This document shows positions 28,678 to 37,909 of a DNA stretch of 64,000 bases, one piece after another (positions within the stretch are counted from its first letter, which is position 1; each line of letters opens with the position of its first letter). The position numbers and the translations under genes are program-made. The notes beneath the pieces were generated by a model. The model worked only from the letters and a program-made list of their open reading frames with translations, was not told the DNA's origin and made no database searches. Origin of the DNA: an uncultured Candidatus Binatia bacterium (lineage in GTDB: Bacteria > Desulfobacterota > Binatia > Bin18); assembly GCA_965214605.1 (NCBI GenBank), contig OZ243961.1, positions 1,280,001 through 1,344,000 on the forward strand, written 5' to 3'.

Positions 28678-31216
28678 ACGCCGTCCAGCGCGTCAGCAAA
28701 AAGTCGTGGAGAAGGGAGAGACGGGCTGGACGGCCAGCCTGCATGTCTTTGTCCTCGTGGGCTTTGCCGTTGCTCAGCCCCTCTTTGACCTGCTGGCACG
28801 CCAGGCGGAGTTTTTTATCTTCCGGCAGGCCACCTCGGGAGACATTACCGCTCTCGTCGTGATGCTTTGCGTGCTCCTCCCGCTCGGCTTGATAGGCGTG
28901 GAGGGGATTATCGGTCTATGCAGCCCCCGGCTGAGACGTTGGGCCCATGGAGCAATTATTGCCGGAGGAGTGGCGGCAACGGTTTTACCTGCTCTCCATC
29001 CCATCAGTGCTTTGCCGGGCTCTCTACTCGTTGCCGGAGCGTTCCTGCTCGGAGGGATGACGGCGCTGGGGTATGCCTTTTTTCCGCCCGTCCGGCTGTT
29101 CTTCAGCCTGTTGTCCCCGGCTGTGCTGATTTTTCCTAGCCTCTTTGTCTTTACCTCGCCGGTCTTTCGAATTGTCTTTCCGACTGACCCTTCCATTCCG
29201 GTTGAGCGCCTACACATTGCAAACCCACCGCCTATTGTTTTTATTATTCTGGATGAACTCCCCCTGACCTTGCTGCTTAACGAACACCACCAGATTGATG
29301 CGGCCCGCTATCCCCATTTTGCAGCTCTGGCACAGCACGCAACTTGGTTTCGCAATACCACCACCGTCAGTGCCTCAACTTCTCAGGCTGTTCCAGCCAT
29401 TCTGACCGGCCAGTACCCCGTCCCCCAGCAACTACCACATGCGACCGACCACCCACATAATTTGTTTTCACTGCTAGCTGGGCTGTATGACCTCAACACG
29501 TTTGGCGCGCTGACCCAGCTCTGTCCAGCTTCCCTGTGCACGCAGCACCGGAGCGCGGTGTGGCAGCGTCTCCCCTCCCTGCTGTCCGACCTAGCCGTTG
29601 TGTATCTCCATCTGCTCCTGCCACAGGACCTCCGAGCCAGCCTTCCGACTATTTCTCAAAACTGGGGACATTTTATCAATGCTCCAGAGCCGCACGACCG
29701 TAGAGCTGCCCAGTTAAAACTTCTTGACAAAATGATGCGCCACACCCTTCTCAGCGACCGCCGCCAGCAGGGACTGGACTTCATCCAAGCCATTCGGGCA
29801 GCAGACCAGCCGCATCTGTATTTTTTTCATTTCCTTCTTCCGCACGCTCCTTATAACTACCTCCCGTCCGGAAAGGTTTATACACAAGAAGGAGGAGTTC
29901 CTGGCCTGCCTGCCAAAGGTCAGCGGTATGTTGACGACACCCAGGGAGTGTTGCAGGTCTACCAACGCCATTTACTCCAGGTCGGCTTTGTTGACACATG
30001 GCTGGGAGCACTGTTGAGCCATCTCCAAGAAACAGGTCTGTATGACCAGACTCTGCTGGTCATTACCGCCGACCACGGAGTCAGTTTTCGGCCGGGCGAT
30101 TTGCGTCGCCTCCCTACCCAGACAACGTTTCAAGACATCATGCCCGTCCCCCTCTTCATCAAAGCCCCCTTTCAACGAGACGGCAACGTCAACGATCAAC
30201 CGCTGGAAACCATTGATATTCTTCCAACACTTGCAGATATCCTTAGGGTGAAGCTGCCTTGGGAGATTGATGGCTGCTCGGCATTTGATCCGTGCTCCGA
30301 ACGGATTCGCCGGATTTACTCATCATCGGGCAACCCCTTGACCTTTCCGGGCTTAGCTCAGGCTCTAGAACGAGCCGTCCAACGCCAACACCGCCTATTT
30401 GGCTCCGGGCTCCCCTTCCCAACCGCACCTAGTAGCCCCTTGTTAGGCAAACACCTCAAAGAGTTCGGCAGTATCGGAGCAACCAATGTGCGGATTGAAA
30501 TTGATCGGCCCGATCGTTTCACCACCGTGGATCTCCGGTCAGACTTTGTTCCCGCTTATATCAGCGGCTTAATCTCTCCCCAATCTCGTAGTGACCAGCC
30601 CGTCTCACTTGCCGTAGTGGTCAATGGTACGATTCAAGCGGTGACTCAGCCCTGGGGCGTTCCAATCCGAGGCCGGCATGGGTTCTGGTCGGCCACTGTC
30701 CCGGAGACCGCTTTTCAAACCGGCCGGAATACGGTTGAGGTCTTTGTCGTTTCCAATGTCGCAGGACAAATTACCCTGGCTCGTGCACCCGAAACACACT
30801 ACCGCCTGGACTCGGCCGACCAGACCGAAGCGTTGGTGTCGGCCGATGGCTCTTCCATACCTATCGTTCCCCAAGCCCTCCGAGGCTATATTGAGACTCC
30901 CCAGGTTTCTGAGCACACTGTCTTGCTCAAGGGTTGGGCGGTTGATGAAAAACATGCCCAATCGGCCGAGCAAATTCTTATTTTTCTGAACGGAACATTT
31001 TACCACGCGGGTCCAACAGCTGTCTCTCGTCCAGAGATTGCAGAATGGCTTGAACAGCCCGCTTTTGCCACCTCAGGCTTTCGCTATACCTTTCCAGCCG
31101 AGCCTTTTGTTGGCAGTGGGACGCCTGAAGTGCGGGTCTTTGCCGTCTCCGGCAGTATCGCTTCGGAACTGCGCTACATTGAGGGGTATCCGTGGAAGCC
31201 GTCGGTCCAATACTGA
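28658..31216 (+). CDS. Membrane-anchored sulfatase-fold (alkaline phosphatase superfamily, LtaS/EptA-like) protein with C-terminal Ig-like domains
   Basis: About 5 N-terminal TMs; IILDELP, SASTSQAVPAILTG, PHAPY, ITADHG, DILPTLAD; C-terminal GWAVD...RPEI...SGF domain. Confidence 0.8.
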   Translation: MVSRKPERRPARQQKVVEKGETGWTASLHVFVLVGFAVAQPLFDLLARQAEFFIFRQATSGDITALVVMLCVLLPLGLIGVEGIIGLCSPRLRRWAHGAIIAGGVAATVLPALHPISALPGSLLVAGAFLLGGMTALGYAFFPPVRLFFSLLSPAVLIFPSLFVFTSPVFRIVFPTDPSIPVERLHIANPPPIVFIILDELPLTLLLNEHHQIDAARYPHFAALAQHATWFRNTTTVSASTSQAVPAILTGQYPVPQQLPHATDHPHNLFSLLAGLYDLNTFGALTQLCPASLCTQHRSAVWQRLPSLLSDLAVVYLHLLLPQDLRASLPTISQNWGHFINAPEPHDRRAAQLKLLDKMMRHTLLSDRRQQGLDFIQAIRAADQPHLYFFHFLLPHAPYNYLPSGKVYTQEGGVPGLPAKGQRYVDDTQGVLQVYQRHLLQVGFVDTWLGALLSHLQETGLYDQTLLVITADHGVSFRPGDLRRLPTQTTFQDIMPVPLFIKAPFQRDGNVNDQPLETIDILPTLADILRVKLPWEIDGCSAFDPCSERIRRIYSSSGNPLTFPGLAQALERAVQRQHRLFGSGLPFPTAPSSPLLGKHLKEFGSIGATNVRIEIDRPDRFTTVDLRSDFVPAYISGLISPQSRSDQPVSLAVVVNGTIQAVTQPWGVPIRGRHGFWSATVPETAFQTGRNTVEVFVVSNVAGQITLARAPETHYRLDSADQTEALVSADGSSIPIVPQALRGYIETPQVSEHTVLLKGWAVDEKHAQSAEQILIFLNGTFYHAGPTAVSRPEIAEWLEQPAFATSGFRYTFPAEPFVGSGTPEVRVFAVSGSIASELRYIEGYPWKPSVQY

Positions 31217-31244
31217 CAGAAGTAGGCATAGAGCAATATGGGCT

Positions 31245-33554
31245 TCAGTTAGGCTGGCTCCGTCCCACCAAGAAACGCTTCAGCGTATCTTTTAGCGCGA
31301 TGCACCACCGCATATTGTAGTTTACGGCAAGCCGATAAGACGGCATCAAGAGACGCCGGAGGACAAAATAGGTGCGGGTCTGCCACGGCAGCCCAGCACT
31401 CTCAACAGGCGAAAGGCGAGGCGTGGTGGATTTTGCTTGTCCACGCTCCTGCCACAACTCCTCAGCCACGCTCGCCAAGCGGGTATACTCGACCGCTTGG
31501 CTGGCGCATATTCGGGCCAGACCGAGATGGGGAATGGGACGCGGCTGTGTTGTATGCCGGTGTTGGGCTTCTCGAAAGAGCTGCTCCAGCCGCTTAGCCA
31601 ACTCCTCTAACCGGAATGCGGTCTGTATCCGGCGGCGACCAGCTTGGCCCATGCTGTAGCGACGTTCAGGCTGTGCGATGAGCTCAGCCAGGGCGGCAGC
31701 GTAGGTCTCAGCTTCGGCCTCCGGTGTCGTGCGGGGAATCAAGATGCCGCACTCTGGCGTGACAAGTTCCCGCTGGCCACCCACGTCAGCCCCAACAATG
31801 GGCAGCCCACAGGCCATCGCTTCATAGAGAGACAAAGCAATCCCCTCCCACTGTGAAGGCAGAAAAAAAATGTCTGCCTCCGCCATCAGCCGACAAACGG
31901 AGTCGTTTGGGACGGCGCCCAGCAGCCGAACATGCCTGCCAAGCCCACGGCGTTTGATAAAGCCGCCCAACCAGTCGGCGTCAGGCCCATCGCCAGCTAC
32001 CACGGCCGCCCAGTTTGTCGTGGTCCGGTCAAGACAGACTAAGCTCTGGGCAAAGACGCGGGGCTGCTTTTGCTCGCAAATACGCGCCACGTACAGCAGG
32101 AGAGGCGTATTGTCGGCAATGCCTAGTTCGTGCCGGACAGACGTCCCGTTCTCCGTCGCTGTCGGCCGCCATTTTTCCGCATCAACGTTGGTATAACACA
32201 CCCGGATACGTTCAGAATCGGCTCCGCGCTGTTCCATCCAATGGCGAAGATGCTGCGACGAAACAATGTTAAGATCAAGCACGTCTTGATATTCAACGGC
32301 AAAACGCGGATAGCCGCCACTCTTCCAGTCTTCTTCCTCCATATGGCAGTAATCGACAAAGGCGACCCCCGGACACCGGGCTCGGAGATAGGGCAAGAGA
32401 AGATAGGCAAGCTCACTATTCGAGACCATCACCACAGAGATCTGGCGAGAGTGGATCAGGTAGCAAAGGAAACGCGGATAGTCCGTGAGGCGCAAAAAAT
32501 GGTGTAAGATAAAAACATCGGGGGTGAAATGGGCAAACTGTGGCCACCAAGATGACTCTCCGGTTAAGGTGGTGGCGATGGACACTTCCCAGCCCTGACC
32601 GGTCAACAGTTCCAAGACATCGAGATTAAATTTATCAGCGCCACCAACCGTAAGCCACGGCAGCAGCATCAGGAGGCGCGGTTTGTCCTTCTGCAGACGA
32701 TTGTCCCACAGGTATTCATCCGCTATTGGCGTATACGCCCGATGCCCTTCCGGCTGGACGTGTGGAAATTTCCCAGCCCACAGCTGGGGATAGCGCCGTT
32801 GGAGTTGGCCCTTGACCTTCTGTGGCTTGTTCCAGTGAGCCCAGCGATCCTGATGTGACTCGCGTCGCCGATACCAATCCAGATACTCTGGCAGCGTCCC
32901 TCCCCAATAGCCCCGGCTGGCACATCGCAGCCAAAAATCCCAATCCTCAAATCCTCTCCGAAAATTTTCATCATACCCGCCAACCGCGCCATGGACCGCT
33001 GTCTGGACCACACTGGTAACCGCGACACTATTTTCTTCCAAAAAGGCTTCCCCATTATGAAAACCTTGCTGCCACAAATACGTCTGCGCCTCAAAGCCGA
33101 CAGTATACCCCTTCACAAACGCATACTCAGGATACGACTCTAGAAACCACAGACACTTCTCAATGGCGGTTGGTTCCAACAGATCGTCGCTGTCGAGTTG
33201 GACCACATATGGAGTCCGGGCCGCCTGAAAACCGCTATTGCGGGCGGCACTCAGGCCACGATTGTGGTCATGGTCGATCACACGAATCCGTGTATCCCGA
33301 TTGCGATATTCGTCGAGTAAGGCCAAGGCGTCAGCTTGGGTCGAACCATCATTAATAATGAGCCATTCCCACTGCTGGAATGACTGACGCATGATGGAGC
33401 GAGCAGTCTCATGAAAAATCGCCCCAGTGTTGTAAAAGGGTGTCACAATGGTCGCCGCCGGAGGGACGGTCGGGTCAGCCGGCCCATAGTCATAGACAGG
33501 ACGCTGGTCCGACGCCGGCGTATTTGCATAATCAGGATTTTTCGGATCAATCAT
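31245..33554 (-). CDS. Bifunctional GT2 + GT4 glycosyltransferase
   Basis: IINDGS, NRGLSAARNSG, LDSDD, FEDWDFWLR (GT2); GGADKFNLD, FLPSQWEGIALSLYEAMACGLP (GT4). Start ATG 33554 is coupled to the upstream stop. Confidence 0.92.
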   Translation of the reverse strand: MIDPKNPDYANTPASDQRPVYDYGPADPTVPPAATIVTPFYNTGAIFHETARSIMRQSFQQWEWLIINDGSTQADALALLDEYRNRDTRIRVIDHDHNRGLSAARNSGFQAARTPYVVQLDSDDLLEPTAIEKCLWFLESYPEYAFVKGYTVGFEAQTYLWQQGFHNGEAFLEENSVAVTSVVQTAVHGAVGGYDENFRRGFEDWDFWLRCASRGYWGGTLPEYLDWYRRRESHQDRWAHWNKPQKVKGQLQRRYPQLWAGKFPHVQPEGHRAYTPIADEYLWDNRLQKDKPRLLMLLPWLTVGGADKFNLDVLELLTGQGWEVSIATTLTGESSWWPQFAHFTPDVFILHHFLRLTDYPRFLCYLIHSRQISVVMVSNSELAYLLLPYLRARCPGVAFVDYCHMEEEDWKSGGYPRFAVEYQDVLDLNIVSSQHLRHWMEQRGADSERIRVCYTNVDAEKWRPTATENGTSVRHELGIADNTPLLLYVARICEQKQPRVFAQSLVCLDRTTTNWAAVVAGDGPDADWLGGFIKRRGLGRHVRLLGAVPNDSVCRLMAEADIFFLPSQWEGIALSLYEAMACGLPIVGADVGGQRELVTPECGILIPRTTPEAEAETYAAALAELIAQPERRYSMGQAGRRRIQTAFRLEELAKRLEQLFREAQHRHTTQPRPIPHLGLARICASQAVEYTRLASVAEELWQERGQAKSTTPRLSPVESAGLPWQTRTYFVLRRLLMPSYRLAVNYNMRWCIALKDTLKRFLVGRSQPN

Positions 33555-36027
33555 TGGGCTCAGTCTCTGAAGCTGGAAATGGCTGAGCGGGATTGACAAT
33601 TTTTAGAAACCGACCGAGGCGTCCCCAAAAACTCTCCTGCCAATGCTCGGTCTGTGCCTGCCAATACTCGGCCTGCGCCTGCCAATGCTCGGCCTGCGCC
33701 TGCCAGCTCTCCCATTGTCCTTCTAGCCACGCCTTCCCCGTTTCCAGCTCACCAATCCAGACACGTTGCTGCTCCACCACCCGCTCCTGCTCCTCGGCTA
33801 GTGCCTGCCAGCGCCGCCACTGATCTTCCAGCCACCCCCGTCCCCTATCGAGCTGAGCCGCCCACTCCCGTTGTTCCAATATCGCTTCTACGGCCTCGGC
33901 CAAGAGTTGAGCCTGGCGCGTCTCACTTCTGCGTTGGGCATAGTACGAGACAGCCGCGCGCATGGCTCGACCACACTCTTCCACCCCCCGTTCGTATTGA
34001 TAGTCGTGCGAAGCATTGTCCGCGTGCCAGCGGTAGCGCACCAAGGTATCGTGGATAAAAGCGACCCGTCCCTCAATACACAGCTTCATCCACATCTCAT
34101 AGTCGCAGGCATAGCCGAGCGCTTCATTAAAGCCGCCAACCATATCGAGTTGTTCCCGCCGGACAACCACGGTCGACGCGCAGATACACTCCCCGTGCAG
34201 CAACAGTTTGCGAAAATATGCCTCGCCCTCTTCCACAAAATCCACCTCCGCTTTTTCTATCCAGTCACTCAAACGGCTAGGCGCTCTGGCTTCTACAATG
34301 GGTTCTGCCCTCGAATGCACTAGGCTCAGATCGGGCTCACTCTCAAACAGGGCCATCTTGCGCGCCAGGTTGTCGGCCAACATTACATCGTCCTGATGAA
34401 ACACGCACACATACTCGCCCCGCGCCAGCTCGACAGCCGTATTCCAATTCGCCGGAATACCTCGCCGCTGGGAATTCTGATAGACGCGAAGACGGGGGTC
34501 GTCAAACTCCTGGAGAAGCTTCAGCGTTCGATCGCTTGAGCCGTCATCGACTGCCACAACTTCAAAATCGGTATAGCTCTGCTGCAGCACACTCCGCACC
34601 GCTTCAGCTACATATGCCTCACCATTGTAGGTCGGCAGACAGACGCTCAAGCGTGGCCGGGCCAAGTCAGGCGATGTATCTCTGAGTTGGCGAGGTGCAG
34701 CCGGACTGGAGAGGGTCGGAGCTTGACGTGATGACCCCGACCCGTCCGGCATCGCGGTAGGAACGCCTGAAGGCGGGACGGAGCGTGGGCCAGACCGTTC
34801 CAGCACGGCTTCATAGGTCTGCTCGACATCCCGGGCGTAGGTGTCGGCATCGCGCCAGACAAACCGGGCTGACTTGAGTCCAGCCAGCAGGGCCGGCTCG
34901 TCCAGAAGACGCCGCAGACACCGCCGCAGCGCGTCGGCATTCCCCGGCTCAAACAGCAATCCGTTATGGCCATCGTGGATGAGTTCGGGCAGGGCCCCCC
35001 TGCGGGCGGCAATCACCGGCAGACCGACCTGGAGAGCCTCACGGGCGACCAGGGAAAACGTTTCTTCACAGATTGAGGGGATGATGCACACATTATGCCG
35101 GGCCAGAATGGCCGGGAGTTCAGAACGATCGTAGACGCCTCCCCAATGGACAGACAGGTCGGCTGCGGCCTGGCGGAGCTGGTCTATGTACGCCTGCTTG
35201 GACGCCAGTCCAACCCCATAGAACGAGACCTGCGCCTGCTCGGCGGGCAGACCTTTGAGCGCGTGCAGCAACACCTGCGCACCTTTGTGCGGCAGCAGAG
35301 CTCCAATACACAGCACCCGTAGGGTCGGCTCCGCCTCCCCCTCATCTGATCGGTCTGGAACAGAACGGGACAGGGGGGGCAGCCCAGGGGCAATTATTTG
35401 GAGCCGATCGTGTAAAAAAGGGAAGTCATTCACAATCCGCCGGGCCAGAAAGGCGGACGGAACAATAACCTGACGGGGTCCCTGTAGAACTTGAGTCATA
35501 CACGCAAAACGATGACGGACGTCTTCGGCTGGGGCAACATCGTGGAGACACCCAACGCACCGCTCGCCGCGTTGCGGTCCGGGACAGAGTTGGTCGTCCC
35601 GGTCAATCAGGTGCACCAAGTGACAGGCAAAAAAGAAATCGTGCAGGCTCAATACCGTGGGGTAGCCAAGGGTGGACACACAGGGAACGAGGCTGGCTGA
35701 CAGATGGGCAATATGCTGAAAATGGACGATATCGGCCCGACAGCGGTGTAAAAGCTGGCGAAAGATGTCATGGAAAAAGGGATTGTCGTAGCGTAAACGA
35801 AAGGACATTGTCCGGGTATAGTTATTCACAATGCGGATAATCCGCAGCCCGTGCTCATCCTGCTCTTCTTGGAGGCTGCATTCCGCACGGTCGGGCGCAA
35901 AGGTCCGCGCCACAATCGTCACCTGGTGTCCACGTGCCTGGAGAGCGCGGGACAGCTCCAAGGTCAGGATCTCAGTCCCGGCCCTCTCCTGTGGGGGAAG
36001 TCCGTGCACAACTTGGACAATCCGCAT
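33547..36027 (-). CDS. Bifunctional GT4 + GT2 glycosyltransferase with Trp-rich coiled-coil C-terminus
   Basis: AGTEILT, PSICEETFSLVAREALQVGLP (GT4); Pro/Ser linker; LPTYNG, VDDGSSD, HQDD (GT2); heptad-repeat tail. Confidence 0.9.
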   Translation of the reverse strand: MRIVQVVHGLPPQERAGTEILTLELSRALQARGHQVTIVARTFAPDRAECSLQEEQDEHGLRIIRIVNNYTRTMSFRLRYDNPFFHDIFRQLLHRCRADIVHFQHIAHLSASLVPCVSTLGYPTVLSLHDFFFACHLVHLIDRDDQLCPGPQRGERCVGCLHDVAPAEDVRHRFACMTQVLQGPRQVIVPSAFLARRIVNDFPFLHDRLQIIAPGLPPLSRSVPDRSDEGEAEPTLRVLCIGALLPHKGAQVLLHALKGLPAEQAQVSFYGVGLASKQAYIDQLRQAAADLSVHWGGVYDRSELPAILARHNVCIIPSICEETFSLVAREALQVGLPVIAARRGALPELIHDGHNGLLFEPGNADALRRCLRRLLDEPALLAGLKSARFVWRDADTYARDVEQTYEAVLERSGPRSVPPSGVPTAMPDGSGSSRQAPTLSSPAAPRQLRDTSPDLARPRLSVCLPTYNGEAYVAEAVRSVLQQSYTDFEVVAVDDGSSDRTLKLLQEFDDPRLRVYQNSQRRGIPANWNTAVELARGEYVCVFHQDDVMLADNLARKMALFESEPDLSLVHSRAEPIVEARAPSRLSDWIEKAEVDFVEEGEAYFRKLLLHGECICASTVVVRREQLDMVGGFNEALGYACDYEMWMKLCIEGRVAFIHDTLVRYRWHADNASHDYQYERGVEECGRAMRAAVSYYAQRRSETRQAQLLAEAVEAILEQREWAAQLDRGRGWLEDQWRRWQALAEEQERVVEQQRVWIGELETGKAWLEGQWESWQAQAEHWQAQAEYWQAQTEHWQESFWGRLGRFLKIVNPAQPFPASETEPND
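33636..33706. repeat. 21-bp tandem repeat (3 copies plus a partial) encoding WQAQAEH-type heptads
   Basis: cctgccaatgctcggtctgtg / cctgccaatactcggcctgcg / cctgccaatgctcggcctgcg / cctgccag. Confidence 0.9.
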
Positions 36028-36056
36028 ACGATATCCTCTCTAGTTCCTCTACCCGG

Positions 36057-37028
36057 CTACTGTCGTTTGATGTAGGCTTGGTGTGAGAACCGTGCTTGGA
36101 GCCACTCTGGTAATGTCTGCGCCCGCTCACCAAACCACACCCCCAACTGGGCGGCACAATGCCAGCCAAGCGCGGGGAGCGCCCAGCGACACACGACGCG
36201 GGCCTTGGGCCGCCGTTGTTCCTGAGCCCAGAAGGCCAAGTCTGTTCGGGCGTGACGAACAGCCGTCTGCAAACACGTGATCAGGCAGCTCTGCATCAGC
36301 GGTCCCGCCTCCTGACGCAGAGCTGCGGTATGATCAAAGTGGCGACGGAAATTCGCCCACGGTCCATAACCATGCGAATGATAGACGACTGAGTCTGCAC
36401 AATAGGCAGTCTTATACCCGGCTTCAAGGACCTTCTTGGCCCACAGCTGATCTTCGCCAAACTCAACCTCAGGCAACGGGATTTGGCTCCAGATGTGGTG
36501 ACGAATGACAGAGCTGACGTTAGTAAAAAAGTAATAAAAAGCCGGATTCCGCGCATAGACCGGATTATCGACCAGGCTATTGGTGCGGGAGTCTCGCATT
36601 CCAGACAACTCCTCTTGGACGATCCGTCGCCATTCCATCGGATGACAGCTCGGACGTGGCACGTGGCGACTATAGGCACCGGCAATGAGCGGATCAACCA
36701 GGAGGGGTGCAAGCAGCTTGTCCAGCCAATTGGTATTGGCTGGGGTGGCGTCTTGCGTGAGAAAAACCAGATAGTCGCCCCGGGCGTATGAAGCCGCCAA
36801 GTTTCGGGTACGCCCATGACCAAATGTTTGGGCCGGAATCCGCATGATACGGACTGCGTGCTCTTCAAGGATGGACAGGGTCTGATCTCGCGATCCAGAA
36901 TCAACGGCGATGATTTCAGCCAATCGAAAATTTCCCTGCTGCTCTTGGATGCGCCGCAAGATTGCGCCAAGGTAGCGTTCGCCGTTTTTTGTCACGAACA
37001 GAATAGACACGCTCGGACAATCCGTCAT
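36057..37028 (-). CDS. GT2 glycosyltransferase (rhamnosyltransferase-like)
   Basis: VDSGSRD, FGHGRTRNLAA, FLTQDA, FGEDQLWA, VYHSH. Confidence 0.88.
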   Translation of the reverse strand: MTDCPSVSILFVTKNGERYLGAILRRIQEQQGNFRLAEIIAVDSGSRDQTLSILEEHAVRIMRIPAQTFGHGRTRNLAASYARGDYLVFLTQDATPANTNWLDKLLAPLLVDPLIAGAYSRHVPRPSCHPMEWRRIVQEELSGMRDSRTNSLVDNPVYARNPAFYYFFTNVSSVIRHHIWSQIPLPEVEFGEDQLWAKKVLEAGYKTAYCADSVVYHSHGYGPWANFRRHFDHTAALRQEAGPLMQSCLITCLQTAVRHARTDLAFWAQEQRRPKARVVCRWALPALGWHCAAQLGVWFGERAQTLPEWLQARFSHQAYIKRQ

Positions 37029-37234
37029 GAATCGGCCCTTTACCCAGAGGGACGCCGTCTCCCCGACTCTCTCCTTGGAGGGGCATCACTCTGTGCAGCG
37101 TCCATCTTACCGACAAACAGGAACAGTAGTGTCGGGCCATGCCCACATTCGGTTGACGGCCTCCTGTATTTTTTTCGGCCCGGCTAGTAATAATCTCCCG
37201 CTGAGCATGCATGTGCCGGCGAAGGCGATCCTCT

Positions 37235-37833
37235 TTACGGATTGGACTGCTCCACAGCCGTCTCCACTTTCTGCGAAAATAAAAGCGGAGCAACGGCAAA
37301 AGGAGTGGCCGTGCGGTTTGTGTACGTTACTTCGAGACCGGCATGCCGGCAGACGACTTCAAGCAGCTCGGGATGATAGCAGCGTACCTGCTCAGGATCA
37401 CGCCGAAATCCAAAGAGCTGCATGCGGATCGATTCGGGATTAGGCACGACAATCACCACAGTTCCGGCTAGCTCGACACGCGGGACAATCAGCTCAAGAC
37501 ACCGCAGGACTTGGGCAACAGGCAGATGCTCAGGAAAATGTGAGCAGAAGACCCCGGCATAAGTCTCGGTCGGCTGCTCCAGGAAGGTGAGGACATCTTG
37601 TGCCATCACCTCCCAGCCGTGCCGTCTCACCCAGGCCACCACCGCCGGGTTACGCTCAATGCCAATTGCAGGAATCCCCTGCTCGGCCAACAGTTCTAAG
37701 GAAAATGCCTGAGCCACACGCCAGGTCAAGTACCTTCTGACAGCCCTGGAAATAGGAGACATAGCCGGCCTGCATGTTGCGGTCGGTCACGCAGCACGAA
37801 TTCATAGGTGGAGTAATTAAAGCGCTCTGCCAT
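37235..37833 (-). pseudogene. Frameshifted class I SAM methyltransferase
   Basis: From ATG 37833 MAERFNYSTYEFVLRD, then a second frame GYVSYFQGCQKVLDLACGSG (motif I), then a third frame LELLAEQGIPAIGIERN...FCSHFPEHL...VPNPES. At least two frameshifts; the 3' end is uncertain. Confidence 0.75.
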
Positions 37834-37909
37834 AGTGGACAACCAAGACCTATGCGAGCCCAGCCACTCTATTGAGGAGGGGTGACAGATGCAATTTCTC
37901 CCCGATCCT

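Noticed and set aside
25840-35380. A8/G7 homopolymer runs in GT genes as phase-variation tracts
   Set aside because: Short and in frame; the A runs encode a conserved motif (IFFLPS), and there is no evidence of slippage.
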